Shown here: positions 1-15,427 of the stretch, in pieces
How the letters are laid out: the number at the start of each line of letters is the position of its first letter
How positions within the stretch are numbered: the stretch's first letter is position 1
From: Nemertoderma westbladi
Taxonomy: Eukaryota > Animalia > Xenacoelomorpha
Length of the DNA: 64,000 nucleotides
Direction of reading: 5' to 3'
Assembly (NCBI GenBank): GCA_032718475.1
Contig: JAUCBJ010001989.1
Location: forward strand, 4,761-68,760
The notes under the pieces: model-generated
What the model was told of the DNA's origin: nothing
Database searches by the model: none
What the model saw: the letters and a program-made list of their open reading frames with translations, nothing else
Program-made: the position numbers and the translations under genes

Positions 1-3000
1 ACAGTTCCAGGCAACAAACAGAACTTACACAAAATATCCGACAGGTACAGCCAACAAACAAAACTTACAAAAAATATCCGACAGTTCCAGCCAACAAACA
101 GAACTTACACAAAATATGGGACAGTTCCAGGCAACAAACAGAACTTGCACAAAATATCCAACAGGTCCAGCCAACAAACATAACTTACACAAAATATCCG
201 ACAGTTCCTGCCAATAACCAAAACTTACACAAAATATCCGACAGTTTCAGGCAACAAACAGAACTTACACAAAATATGGGGCAGTTCCACGCAACAAACA
301 AAACTTACAAAAAATATCCGACAGTTCCAGACAAAAAACAGAACTTACACAAATTATCCGACACTTCCATCCAACAAACATAACTTAAACAAAGGATTCG
401 ACAATTCCAGCCAACAATCAGAACTTACACAAAATATCCGACAGTTCCAGACAAAAACAGAACTTACACAAAATATCCGACAGTTCCAGACAAAAAACAG
501 AACTTACACAAAATATCCGACAGGTACAGCCAACAAATATAATTTATACAAAATATCCAACAGTTCCAGCCAACAAATATAATTTATACAAAATATCCGA
601 CAGTTCCATCCAACAACAGAACTTACACAAAATATCCGACAGGTATAGCCAACAAACATAATTTATACAAAATATCCGACAGTTCCAGGCAACAAACAGA
701 ACTTACACAAAAGATCCGACAGTTCCAGCCAACAATCAGAACTTACACAAAAGATGCGACAATTCCAGCCAACAAACAGAACTTACACAAAATATCCCAC
801 AGTTCCAGCCAATAAACATAATTTATAGAAAATATCCGACAGTTACAGCCAACAAACAGAACTTACACAAAATATGCGACAGTTCCAGTCAACAAACAGA
901 ACTTACACAAAATATGGGACAGTTCCAGGCAACAAACAGAACTTACACAAAATATGGGACAGTTCCAGGCAACAAATAGAACTTACACAAATTATCTGAC
1001 AGGTCCAGCCAACAAACAGAACTTGCACAAAATATGGGACAGTTCCAGCCAAAAAACAAAACTTACACAAAATATCCGACAGTTCCAGGCAACAAACAGA
1101 ACTTACACAAATTATCCGACAGGTCCAGCCAACAAACAGAACTTACACAAAATATCCGACAGGTCCAGCCAACAAACAGAACTTACACAAATTATCCGAC
1201 AGGTCCAGCCAACAAACAGAACTTACACAAAATATCCGACAGTTCCAGCCAACAAACAGAACTTACACAAAATATGGGACAGTTCCAAGCAACAAACAGA
1301 ACTTACACAAATTATCCGACAGGTCCAGCCAACAAACAGAACTTACACAAAATATCCGACAGTTCCAGCCAACAAACAGAACTTACACAAAATATGGGAC
1401 AGTTCCAAGCAACAAACAGAACTTACACAAATTATCCGACAGGTCCAGCCAACAAACAGAACTTACACAAATTATCCGACAGGTCCAGCCAACAAACAGA
1501 ACTTACACAAAATATCCGACAGTTCCAGCCAACAAACAGAACTTACACAAAATATGGGACAGTTCCAAGCAACAAACAGAACTTACACAAATTATCTGAC
1601 AGGTCCAGCCAACAAACAGAACTTACACAAAATATCCGACACTTCCAGCCAACAAACAAAACTTACACAAAATATCCGACAGGTCCAGCCAACAAACAGA
1701 ACTTACACAAAATATCCGACTGTTCCAGCCAACAAACAAAACTTACATAAAATATACGACAGTTCCAAGAACTTACACAAAATATCCGACAGTTCCAGCC
1801 AACAAACAAAACTTACACAAAATATCCGACAGTTCCAGCCAACAAACAAAACTTACACAAAATATCCGACAGTTCCAGCCAACAAACAGAACTTACACAA
1901 AATATCCCACAGTTCCAGCCAATAAACATAATTTATACAAAATATCCGACAGTTCCAGCCAACAAACAGAACTTACACAAAATATGGGACAGTTCCAGGC
2001 AACAAACAGAACTTACACAAATTATCCGACAGGTCCAGCCAAAAAACAGAACTTACACAAAATAACCGACACTTCCAGCCAACAAACAAAACTTACACAA
2101 AATATCCGACAGGTCCAGCCAACAAACAGAACTTACACAAAATATCCGACTGTTCCAGCCAACAAACAAAACTTACATAAAATATACGACAGTTCCAAGA
2201 ACTTACACAAAATATCCGACAGTTCCAGCCAACAAACAAAACTTACACAAAATATCCGACAGTTCCAGCCAACAAACAAAACTTACACAAAATATCCGAC
2301 AGTTCCAGGCAACAAACAAAACTTACCCAAAATATCCGACAGTTCCAGCCAACAATCAGATCTTACACAAAAGATCCGACAATTCCAGCCAACAAACAGA
2401 ACTTACACAAAATATCCCACAGTTCCAGCCAATAAACATAATTTATACAAAATATCCGACAGTTCCAGCCAACAAACAGAACTTACACAAAATAATGCGA
2501 CAGTTCCAGTCAACAAACAGAACTTACACAAAATATGGGACAGTTCCAGGCAACAAACAGAACTTACATAAAATATCCGACAGTTCCAGTCAACAAACAG
2601 AACTTACACAAAATATGGGACAGTTCCAGGCAACAAATAGAACTTACACAAATTATCCGACAGGTCCAGCCAACAAACAGAACTTACACAAAATATGGGA
2701 CAGTTCCAGCCAACAAACAAAACTTACACAAAATATCCGACAGTTCCAGGCAACAAACATAACTTACACAAAATATCCGACAGTTCCAAGCAACAAACAG
2801 AACTTACACAAAATATCCGACAGTTCCAGCCAACAAACAAAACTTACACAAAATATCCGACAGTTCCAGGCAACAAACAAAACTTACCCAAAACATCCGA
2901 CAGTTCCAGCCAACAAACAGAACTTACACAAAAGATCCGACAGTTCCAGCGATCAATCAGAACTTACACAAACGATCCGACAATTCCAGCCAACAAACAT

Positions 3001-6000
3001 AACTTACACAAAATATCCCACAGTTCCAGCCAATAAACATAATTTATACAAAATATCCGACAGTTCCAGCCAATAAACAGAACTTACACAAAATATCCGA
3101 CAGGTACAGCCAACAAACATAATTTATACAAAATATCCGACAGTTCCATCCAACAACAGAACTTACACAAAAGATCCGACAATTCCAGCCAACAAACAGA
3201 ACTTACACAAAATATCCGACAGGTACAGCCAACAAACATAATTTATACAAAATATCCGACAATTCGAGCCAACAAACAGAACTTACACAAAATATGCGAC
3301 AGTTCCAGTCAACAAACAGAACTTACACAAAATATGGGACAGTTCCAGGCAACAAACAGAACTTACATAAAATATCCGACAGTTCCAGTCAACAAACAGA
3401 ACTTACACAAAATATGGGACAGTTCCAGGCAACAAATAGAACTTACACAAATTATCCGACAGATCCAGCCAACAAACAGAACTTACACAAAGTATGGGAC
3501 AGTTCCAGCCAACAAACAAAACTTACACAAAATATCCGACAGTTCCAGGCAACAAACAGAACTTACACAAAATATCCGACAGTTCCAGGCAACAAACAGA
3601 ACTTACACAAAATATCCGACAGGTACAGCCAACAAACAAAACTTACAAAAAATATCCGACAGTTCCAGCCAACAAACAGAACTTACACAAAATATGGGAC
3701 AGTTCCAGGCAACAAACAGAACTTGCACAAAATATCCAACAGGTCCAGCCAACAAACATAACTTACACAAAATATCCGACAGTTCCAGCCAATAACCAAA
3801 ACTTACACAAAATATCCGACAGTTCCAGACAAAAAACAGAACTTACGCAAATTATCCGACACTTCCATCCAACAAACATAACTTAAACAAAGGATTCGAC
3901 AATTCCAGCCAACAATCAGAACTTACACAAAATATCCGACAGTTCCAGACAAAAACAGAACTTACACAAAATATCCGACAGTTCCAGACAAAAAACAGAA
4001 CTTACACAAAATATCCGACAGGTACAGCCAACAAATATAATTTATACAAAATATCCAACAGTTCCAGCCAACAAATATAATTTATACAAAATATCCGACA
4101 GTTCCATCCAACAACAGAACTTACACAAAATATCCGACAGGTACAGCCAACAAACATAGTTTATACAAAATATCCGACAGTTCCAGGCAACAAACAGAAC
4201 TTACACAAAATATCCGACAATTCGAGCCAACAAACAGAACTTACACAAAATATCCGACAGCTCCAGCCAACAAACAAAACTTACACAAAATATCCGACAG
4301 TTCCAGGCAACAAACAAAACTTACCCAAAATATCTGACAGATCCAGCTAACAAACAGAACTTACACAAAAGATCCGACAGTTCCAGCCAACAATGAGAAC
4401 TTACACAAAAGATCCGACAATTCCAGCCAACAAACAGAACTTACACAAAATATCCCACAGTTCCAGCCAATAAACATAATTTATAGAAAATATCCGACAG
4501 TTACAGCCAACAAACAGAACTTACACAAAATATGCGACAGTTCCAGTCAACAAACAGAACTTACACACAATATGGGACAGTTCCAGGCAACAAACAGAAC
4601 TTACACAAAATATGGGACAGTTCCAGGCAACAAATACAACTTACACAAATTATCCGACAGGTCCAGCCAACAAACAAAACTTACACAAAATATGGGACAG
4701 TTCCAGCCAAAAAACAAAACTTACACAAAATATCCGACAGTTCCAGGCAACAAACAGAACTTACACAAAATATCCGACAGTTCCAGGCAACAAACAGAAC
4801 TTACACAAAATATCCGACAGTTCCAGCCAACAAACAAAACTTACACAAAATATCCGACAGTTCCAGGCAACAAACAAAACTTACCCAAAACATCCGACAG
4901 TTCCAGCCAACAAACAGAACTTACACAAAAGATCCGACAGTTCCAGCCAACAATCAGAACTTACACAAAATATGCGACAGTTCCAGACAAAAACAGAACT
5001 TACACTAAATATCCGACAGTTCCAGCCAACAAACAGAACTTAAACAAAAGATTCTACAATTCCAGCCAACAAACAGAACTTACACAAAATATCCGACAGT
5101 TCCAGCCAATAAACATAATTTATAGAAAATATCCGACAGTTACAGCCAACAAACAGAACTTACACAAAATATGCGACAGTTCCAGTCAACAAACAGAACT
5201 TACACAAAATATGGGACAGTTCCAGGCAACAAACAGAACTTACACAAAATATGGGACAGTTCCAGGCAACAAATAGAACTTACACAAATTATCTGACAGG
5301 TCCAGCCAACAAACAGAACTTGCACAAAATATGGGACAGTTCCAGCCAAAAAACAAAACTTACACAAAATATCCGACAGTTCCAGGCAACAAACAGAACT
5401 TACACAAAATATCCGACAGCTCCAGCCAACTAACAAAACTTACACAAAATATCCGACAGTTCCAGGCAACAAACAAAACTTACCCAAAATATCTGACAGA
5501 TCCAGCTAACAAACATAACTTACACAAAAGATCCGACAGTTCCAGCCAACAATCAGAACTTACACAAAAGATCCGACAATTCCAGCCAACAAACAGAACT
5601 TACACAAAAAATCCCACAGTTCCAGCCAATAAACATAATTTATAGAAAATATCCGACAGTTACAGCCAACAAACAGAACTTACACAAAATATGCGACAGT
5701 TCCAGTCAACAAACAGAACTTACACAAAATATGGGACAGTTCCAGGCAACAAACAGAACTTACACAAAATATGGGACAGTTCCAGGCAACAAATAGAACT
5801 TACACAAATTATCCGACAGGTCCAGCCAATAAACATAAACTTACACAAAATATGGGACAGTTCCAGCCAAAAGACAAAACTTACACAAAATATCCGACAG
5901 TTCCAGGCAACAAACAGAACTTACACAAAATATCCGACAGTTCCAGCCAACAAACAGAACTTACACAAAATATGGGACAGTTCCAGCCAAAAGACAAAAC

Positions 6001-9000
6001 TTACACAAAATATCCGACAGTTCCAGGCAACAAACAGAACTTACATAAAATATCCGACAGTTCCAGGCAACAAACAGAACTTACACAAAATATCCGACAG
6101 TTCCAGCCAACAAACAAAAATTACACAAAATATGCGACAGTTCCAGACAAAAACAGAACTTACACTAAATATCCGACAGTTCCAGCCAACAAACAGAACT
6201 TAAACAAAAGATTCTACAATTCCAGCCAACAAACAGAACTTACACAAAATATCCGACAGTTCCAGCCAACAAACAGAACTTACATAAAATATCCGACAGG
6301 TCCAGGCAACAAACAGAACTTAAACAAAATATCCGACAGTCCCAGCCAACAAATAGAACTTCACAAAATATGCGACAGTTCCAGCCAACAAACAGAACTT
6401 ACATAAAATATCCGACAGGTCCAGGCAACAATCAGAACTTACACAAAATTTCCGACAGTTCCAGCCAACAAACAGAACTTACATAAAATATCCGACAGTT
6501 CCAGCCAACAAACATAACTTACATAAAATATCCGACAGGTCCAGGCAACAAACAGAACATACACAAAATATCCGACAGTTCCAGACAAAAACAGAACTTA
6601 CACTAAATATCCGACAGGTCCAGGCAACAATCAGAACTTACACAAAATTTCCGACAGTTCCAGCCAACAAACAGAACTTACATAAAATATCCGACAGTTC
6701 CAGCCAACAAACGGAACTTACACAAAATATCCGACAGTTCCAGCCAACAAACAGAACTTACATAAAATATCCGACAGTTCCAGCCAACAAACGGAACTTA
6801 CACAAAATATCCGACAGTTCCAGCCAACAAACAGAACTTACATAAAATATCCGACAGTTCCAGCCAACAAACGGAACTTACACAAAATATCCGACAGTTC
6901 CAGCCAACAAACAGAACTTACATAAAATATCCGACAGGTCCAGGCAACAATCAGAACTTACACAAAATTTCCGACAGTTCCAGCCAACAAACAGAACTTA
7001 CATAAAATATCCGACAGTTCCAGCCAACAAACATAACTTACATAAAATATCCGACAGGTCCAGGCAACAAACAGAACATACACAAAATATCCGACAGTTC
7101 CAGACAAAAACAGAACTTACATAAAATATCCGACAGTTCCAGCCAACAAACATAACTTACATAAAATATCCGACAGGTCCAGGCAACAAACAGAACATAC
7201 ACAAAATTTCCGACAGTTCCAGCCAACAAACAGAACTTACATAAAATATCCGACAGTTCCAGCCAACAAACGGAACTTACATAAAATATCCGACAGGTCC
7301 AGGCAACAATCAGAACTTACACAAAATTTCCGACAGGTCCAGGCAACAATCAGAACTTACACAAAATTTCCGACAGTTCCAGCCAACAAACAGAACTTAC
7401 ATAAAATATCCGACAGTTCCAGCCAACAAACAGAACTTACATAAAATATCCGACAGTTCCAGCCAACAAACGGAACTTACACAAAATATCCGACAGTTCC
7501 AGACAAAAACAGAACTTACACTAAATATCCGACAGGTCCAGGCAACAATCAGAACTTACACAAAATTTCCGACAGTTCCAGCCAACAAACAGAACTTACA
7601 TAAAATATCCGACAGTTCCAGCCAACAAACGGAACTTACACAAAATATCCGACAGTTCCAGCCAACAAACAGAACTTACATAAAATATCCGACAGTTCCA
7701 GCCAACAAACGGAACTTACACAAAATATCCGACAGTTCCAGCCAACAAACAGAACTTACATAAAATATCCGACAGTTCCAGCCAACAAACGGAACTTACA
7801 CAAAATATCCGACAGTTCCAGCCAACAAACAGAACTTACATAAAATATCCGACAGGTCCAGGCAACAATCAGAACTTACACAAAATTTCCGACAGTTCCA
7901 GCCAACAAACAGAACTTACATAAAATATCCGACAGTTCCAGCCAACAAACATAACTTACATAAAATATCCGACAGGTCCAGGCAACAAACAGAACATACA
8001 CAAAATATCCGACAGTTCCAGACAAAAACAGAACTTACATAAAATATCCGACAGTTCCAGCCAACAAACATAACTTACATAAAATATCCGACAGGTCCAG
8101 GCAACAAACAGAACATACACAAAATTTCCGACAGTTCCAGCCAACAAACAGAACTTACATAAAATATCCGACAGTTCCAGCCAACAAACGGAACTTACAC
8201 AAAATATCCGACAGTTCCAGCCAACAAACAGAACTTACATAAAATATCCGACAGGTCCAGGCAACAATCAGAACTTACACAAAATTTCCGACAGTTCCAG
8301 CCAACAAACAGAACTTACATAAAATATCCGACAGTCCCAGCCAACAAACATAACTTACATAAAATATCCGACAGGTCCAGGCAACAAACAGAACATACAC
8401 AAAATATCCGACAGTTCCAGACAAAAACAGAACTTACACTAAATATCCGACAGTTCCAGCCAACAAACAGAACTTAATCAAAAGATTCTACAATTCCAGC
8501 CAACAAACAGAACTTACACAAAATATCCGACAGTTCCAGCCAACAAACAAAACTTACACAAAATATGCGACAGTTCCAGACAAAAACAGAACTTACACTA
8601 AATATCCGACAGTTCCAGCCAACAAACAGAACTTAAACAAAAGATTCTACAATTCCAGCCAACAAACAGAACTTACACAAAAGATCCGACAATTCCAGCC
8701 AAAAAACAGAACTTACACAAAATATGGGACAGTTCCAGGCAACAAACAGAACTTGCACAAAATATCCGACAGGTCCAGCCAACAAACATAACTTACACAA
8801 AATATCCGACAGTTCCAGCCAATAACCAAAACTTACACAAAATATCCGACAGTTTCAGGCAACAAACAGAACTTACACAAAATATGGGACAGTTCCAGGC
8901 AACAAATAAAACTTACAAAAAATTTCCGACAGTTCCAGACAAAAAACAGAACTTACACAAATTATCCGACACTTCCATCCAACAAACATAACTTAAACAA

Positions 9001-12000
9001 AAGATTCGACAATTCCAGCCAACAAACAGAACTTACACAAAATATCCGACAGTTCCAGACAAAAAAACAGAACTTACACAAAATATCCGACAGGTCCAGG
9101 CAACAAACAGAACTTACACAAAATATGCGACAGTTCCAGGCAACAAATAGTACTAACACAAAATATCCGACAGTTCCAGACAAAAAACAGAACTTAAACA
9201 AAAGATTCGACAATTCCAGCCAACAAACGGAACTTACACAAAATATCCGACAGTTCCAGCCAACAATCAGAACTTACACAAAATATCCGACAGTTCCAGA
9301 CACAAAAAACAGAACTTACACAAAATATCCGACAGTTCCAGCCAACAATCAGAACTTACACAAAATATCCGACAATTCGAGCCAACAAACAGAACATACA
9401 CAAAATATCCCACAGTTCCAGACAAAAACAGAACTTACACTAAATATCCGACAGTTCCAGCCAACAAACAGAACTTAAACAAAAGATTCTACAATTCCAG
9501 CCAACAATCAGAACTTACACAAAATATCCGACAGTTCCAGACAAAAAACAGAACTTAAACAAAATATCCGACAGTTCCAGGCAACAAATAGAACTTACAC
9601 AAATTATCCGACAGGTCCAGCCAACAATCAGAACTTACACAAAATATCCGACAGTTCCAGCCAACAAACAGAACTTAAACAAAAGATTCTACAATTCCAG
9701 CCAACAAACAGAACTTACACAAAATATCCGACAGTTCCAGCCAACAAACAAAACTTACACAAAATATGCGACAGTTCCAGACAAAAACAGAACTTACACT
9801 AAATATCCGACAGTTCCAGCCAACAAACAGAACTTAAACAAAAGATTCTACAATTCCAGCCAACAAACAGAACTTACACAAAATATCCGACAGTTCCAGC
9901 CAACAAACAGAACTTACATAAAATATCCGACAGGTCCAGGCAACAAACAGAACTTAAACAAAATATCCGACAGTCCCAGCCAACAAATAGAACTTCACAA
10001 AATATGCGACAGTTCCAGCCAACAAACAGAACTTACATAAAATATCCGACAGGTCCAGGCAACAATCAGAACTTACACAAAATATCCGACAGTTCCAGCC
10101 AACAAACAGAACTTACATAAAATATCCGACAGTTCCAGCCAACAAACATAACTTATATAAAATATCCGACAGGTCCAGCCAACAATCAGAACTTACACAA
10201 AATATCCGACAGTTCCAGACAAAAACAGAACTTACACTAAATATCCGACAGTTCCAGCCAACAAACAGAACTTAAACAAAAGATTCTACAATTCCAGCCA
10301 ACAAACAGAACTTACACAAAATATCCGACAGTTCCAGCCAACAAACAAAACTTACACAAAATATGCGACAGTTCCAGACAAAAACAGAACTTACACTAAA
10401 TATCCGACAGTTCCAGCCAACAAACAGAACTTAAACAAAAGATTCTACAATTCCAGCCAACAAACAGAACTTACACAAAATATCCGACAGTTCCAGCCAA
10501 CAAACAGAACTTACATAAAATATCCGACAGGTCCAGGCAACAAACAGAACTTAAACAAAATATCCGACAGTCCCAGCCAACAAATAGAACTTCACAAAAT
10601 ATGCGACAGTTCCAGCCAACAAACAGAACTTACATAAAATATCCGACAGGTCCAGGCAACAACCAGAACTTACACAAAATATCCGACAGTTCCAGCCAAC
10701 AAACAGAACTTACATAAAATATCCGACAGTTCCAGGCAACAACCAGAACTTACACAAAATATCCGACAGTTCCAGCCAACAAACATAACTTACATAAAAT
10801 ATCCGACAGGTTCAGGCAACAAACAGAACTTACACAAAATATCCGACAGTTCCAGCCAACAAACATAACTTACATAAAATATCCGACAGGTCCAGGCAAC
10901 AACCAGAACTTACACAAAATATCCGACAGTTCCAGCCAACAAACATAACTTACATAAAATATCCGACAGGTCCAGGCAACAAACAGAACTTACACAAAAT
11001 ATCCGACAGTTCCAGCCAACAAACATAACTTACATAAAATATCCGACAGGTCCAGGCAACAAACAGAACTTACACAAAATATCCGACAGTTCCAGCCAAC
11101 AAACATAACTTACATAAAATATCCGACAGGTCCAGGCAACAACCAGAACTTACACAAAATATCCGACAGTTCCAGCCAACAAACATAACTTACATAAAAT
11201 ATCCGACAGGTCCAGGCAACAAACAGAACATACACAAAATATCCGACAGTTCCAGACAAAAACAGAACTTACACTAAATATCCGACAGTTCCAGCCAACA
11301 AACAGAACTTAAACAAAAGATTCTACAATTCCAGCCAACAAACAGAACTTACACAAAATATCCGACAGTTCCAGCCAACAAACAAAACTTACACAAAATA
11401 TGCGACAGTTCCAGACAAAAACAGAACTTACACTAAATATCCGACAGTTCCAGCCAACAAACAGAACTTAAACAAAAGATTCTACAATTCCAGCCAACAA
11501 ACAGAACTTACACAAAATATCCGACAGTTCCAGCCAACAAACAGAACTTACATAAAATATCCGACAGGTCCAGGCAACAAACAGAACTTAAACAAAATAT
11601 CCGACAGGTCCAGGCAACAAATAGAACTTCACAAAATATGCGACAGTTCCAGCCAACAAACAGAACTTACATAAAATATCCGACAGTTCCAGCCAACAAA
11701 CATAACTTACACAAAATATCCGACAGTTCCAGCCAACAAACATAACTTACATAAAATATCCGACAGGTCCAGGCAACAAACAGAACTTACACAAAATATC
11801 CGACAGTTCCAGGCAACAAATAGAACTTCACAAAATATGCGACAGTTCCAGCCAACAAATAGAACTTACACAAAATATCCGACAGTTCCAGACAAAAAAA
11901 CAGAACTTAAACAAAAGATTCGACAATTCCAGCCAACAAACAAAACTTACACAAAATATGCGACAGTTCCAGACAAAAACAGAACTTACACTAAATATCC

Positions 12001-15000
12001 GACAGTTCCAGCCAACAAACAGAACTTAAACAAAAGATTCTACAATTCCAGCCAACAAACAGAACTTACATAAAATATCCGACAGTTCCAGCCAACAAAC
12101 ATAACTTACATAAAATATCCGACAGGTCCAGGCAACAAACAGAACTTACACAAAATATCCGACAGTTCCAGGCAACAAATAGAACTTCACAAAATATGCG
12201 ACAGTTCCAGCCAACAAATAGAACTTACACAAAATATCCGACAGTTCCAGACAAAAAAACAGAACTTAAACAAAAGATTCGACAATTCCAGCCAACAAAC
12301 GGAACTTACACAAAATATCCGACAGTTCCAGCCAACAATCAGAACTTACACAAAATATCCGACAGTTCCAGACAAAAAACAGAACTTACACAAAATATCC
12401 GACAGGTCCAGGCAACAAACAGAACTTACACAAAATATGCGACAGTTCCAGGCAACAAATAGTACTAACACAAAATATCCGACAGTTCCAGCCAACAAAT
12501 AGAACTTACACAAAATATCCGACAGTCCAGACAAAAAACAGAACTTACACAAAATATCCGACAGTTCCAGCCAACAAATAGAACTTACACAAAATATCCG
12601 ACAGTTCCAACCAACAAATAGAACTTACACAAAATATCCGACAGTTCCAGCCAACAATAAGAACTTACACAAAATATCCGACAGTCCCAGCCAACAATAA
12701 GAACTTACACAAAATATCCGACAGTTCCAGCCAACAAATAGAACTTATACAAAATATCCGACAGTCCAGACAAAAAAACAGAACTTACACAAAATATCCG
12801 ACAGTTCCAGCCAACAAATAGAACTTACACAAAATATCCGACAGTTCCAGGCAACAAATAGTACTTACACAAAATATCCGACAGTCCCAGCAAACAAATA
12901 GAACTTACACAAAATATCCGACAGTTCCAGGCAACAAATAAAACTTACACAAAATATCCGACAGTTCCAGGCAACAAATAGTACTTACACAAAATATCCG
13001 ACAGTTCCAGACAAAAAACAGAACTTAAACAAAATATCCGACAGTTCCAGGCAACAAATAGAACTTACACAAATTATCGGACAGGTCCAGCCAACAATCA
13101 GAACTTACACAAAATATCCGACAATTCGAGCCAACAAACAGAACATACACAAAATATCCGACAGTTCCAGACAAAAACAGAACTTACACTAAATATCCGA
13201 CAGTTCCAGCCAACAAACAGAACTTAAACAAGAGATTCTACAATTCCAGCCAACAAACAGAACTTACACAAAATATCCGACAGTTCCAGCCAACAAACAA
13301 AACTTACACAAAATATGCGACAGTTCCAGACAAAAACAGAACTTACACTAAATATCCGACAGTTCCAGCCAACAAACAGAACTTAAACAAAAGATTCTAC
13401 AATTCCAGCCAACAAACAGAACTTACACAAAATATCCGACAGTTCCAGCCAACAAACAGAACTTACATAAAATATCCGACAGGTCCAGGCAACAAACAGA
13501 ACTTAAACAAAATATCCGACAGTCCCAGCCAACAAATAGAACTTCACAAAATATGCGACAGTTCCAGCCAACAAACAGAACTTACATAAAATATCCGACA
13601 GGTCCAGGCAACAATCAGAACTTACACAAAATATCCGACAGTTCCAGCCAACAAACAGAACTTACACAAAATATCCGACAGTTCCAGACAAAAACAGAAC
13701 TTACACTAAATATCCGACAGTTCCAGCCAACAAACAGAACTTAAACAAAAGATTCTACAATTCCAGCCAACAAACAGAACTTACACAAAATATCCGACAG
13801 TTCCAGCCAACAAACAAAACTTACACAAAATATGCGACAGTTCCAGACAAAAACAGAACTTACACTAAATATCCGACAGTTCCAGCCAACAAAAAGAACT
13901 TAAACAAAAGATTCTACAATTCCAGCCAACAAACAGAACTTACACAAAATATCCGACAGTTCCAGCCAACAAACAGAACTTACATAAAATATCCGACAGT
14001 TCCAGCCAACAAACAGAACTTACATAAAATATCCGACAGGTCCAGGCAACAATCAGAACTTACACAAAATATCCGACAGTTCCAGCCAACAAACAGAACT
14101 TACATAAAATATCCGACAGTTCCAGCCAACAAACATAACTTACATAAAATATCCGACAGGTCCAGGCAACAAACAGAACTTACACAAAATATCCGACAGT
14201 TCCAGGCAACAAATAGAACTTCACAAAATATGCGACAGTTCCAGCCAACAAATAGAACTTACACAAAATATCCGACAGTTCCAGACAAAAAAACAGAACT
14301 TAAACAAAAGATTCGACAATTCCAGCCAACAAACGGAACTTACACAAAATATCCGACAGTTCCAGCCAACAATCAGAACTTACACAAAATATCCGACAGT
14401 TCCAGACAAAAAACAGAACTTACACAAAATATCCGACAGGTCCAGGCAACAAACAGAACTTACACAAAATATGCGACAGTTCCAGGCAACAAATAGTACT
14501 AACACAAAATATCCGACAGTTCCAGACAAAAAAACAGAACTTAAACAAAAGATTCGACAATTCCAGCCAACAAACGGAACTTACACAAAATATCCGACAG
14601 TTCCAGCCAACAATCAGAACTTACACAAAATATCCGACAATTCCAGACAAAAAAACAGAACTTACACAAAATATCCGACAGTTCCAGCCAACAATCAGAA
14701 CTTACACAAAATATCCGACAATTCGAGCCAACAAACAGAACATACACAAAATATCCCACAGTTCCAGACAAAAACAGAACTTACACTAAATATCCGACAG
14801 TTCCAGCCAACAAACAGAACTTAAACAAAAGATTCTACAATTCCAGCCAACAATCAGAACTTACACAAAATATCCGACAGTTCCAGACAAAAAACAGAAC
14901 TTAAACAAAATATCTGACAGTTCCAGGCAACAAATAGAACTTACACAAATTATCCGACAGGTCCAGCCAACAATCAGAACTTACACAAAATATCCGACAG

Positions 15001-15112
15001 TTCGAGACAAAAAAACAGAACTTACACAAAATATCCGACAATTCCAGCCAACAAACAGAACTTACACAAAATATCCGGCAGGTACAGCCAACAAACAAAA
15101 TTTATACAAAAT
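1..15112. repeat. 40-bp satellite array, left part (runs off the window start)
   Basis: Tandem monomer ACAGTTCCAGCCAACAAACAGAACTTACACAAAATATCCG with recurring substitutions and shorter/longer variants; + strand is strongly A/C-rich. Confidence 0.98.
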
Positions 15113-15427
15113 TTACGAAAACTGGTGCGCGCCCTGGTCACTGGAGGTATCATAGCTTCAAATCTTTAAGGTGTGTGTAAACTGGATCTTTTACTAGTGA
15201 CCGTGTATATAATTAATTTCAGTTATATTGCGGCCAACAGGCCTTTAACGAACTGATAGGTACCTACCTACAAAGTGCAGTTGGCAGTCTGTATAGTAGT
15301 GAGTTTTGTAGGTAGGTACCTATCAGTCCGTTAAAGGCCTGTTGGCCGCAATATAACTGAAATTAATTATATACACGGTCACTAGTAAAAGATCCAGTTT
15401 ACACACACCTTAAAGATTTGAAGCTAT
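15113..15427. mobile_element. Fold-back/MITE-like insertion inside the satellite
   Basis: 123-bp inverted arms 15152-15274 and 15305-15427 (1 mismatch) with a 30-bp spacer; 39 bp of extra unique sequence on the left; AATTTATACAAAAT at 15099-15112 and 15428-15441. Confidence 0.85.
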
